Assembly: GCF_006345805.1 (NCBI RefSeq)
Contig: NC_042999.1
Coordinates: 157,604,001-157,668,000, forward strand
DNA length: 64,000 bases
Origin: Octopus sinensis
Taxonomy: Eukaryota
Direction of reading: 5' to 3'
Made by a program: the position numbers and the translations under genes. The notes under the pieces are model-generated. The model was given only the letters and a program-made list of their open reading frames with translations, had not been told where the DNA came from and did not search any database. Shown here one piece after another: positions 63,945-64,000 of the stretch (its first letter is position 1; each line of letters starts with the position of its first letter).

Positions 63945-63973
63945 AGAATCATTAGCACGCTGGACCAGATACT

Positions 63974-64000
63974 TATTTCTTTACTACCCACAAGGGGCTA
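63974..64000 (-). mobile_element. SINE family B tail, truncated by window end
   Basis: tatttctttactacccacaaggggcta. Confidence 0.8.

Overview
AT-rich, microsatellite-dense eukaryotic DNA, most likely from an octopus or other coleoid cephalopod (inferred from the tRNA-derived SINE families). There is a 100-N assembly gap at 31230-31329. Almost all ORFs in the supplied track are artefacts of simple repeats. Supported content: (1) the last three coding exons of a minus-strand tetraspanin gene (59857-60024, 50958-51041, probable 42681-42752 with a polyA signal), not recovered as a gene by the ORF track; (2) a tRNA-Glu(TTC) with a 1-nt T-loop deletion; (3) two adjacent Penelope-like retroelements of different lineages, several relics and fold-back derivatives, and at least five structurally different type I hammerhead-ribozyme motif families, including a U3-A8 core variant; (4) two diverged ~1.65-1.7 kb ORF1-only Tx1/L1-like elements with TSDs, both inserted at the A-box/D-arm of tRNA-derived SINE head sequences, plus an endonuclease-only Tx1-like piece, where one ORF1-only copy and the endonuclease piece share a 3' tail with a SINE that forms self-nested multimers; (5) many SINEs, Helitron-like elements, MITEs and relics of mariner, maT, Merlin, R4/Dong, RTE and CR1/Jockey-type elements. 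All calls are by eye; ribozyme activity and family names need computation or experiment.
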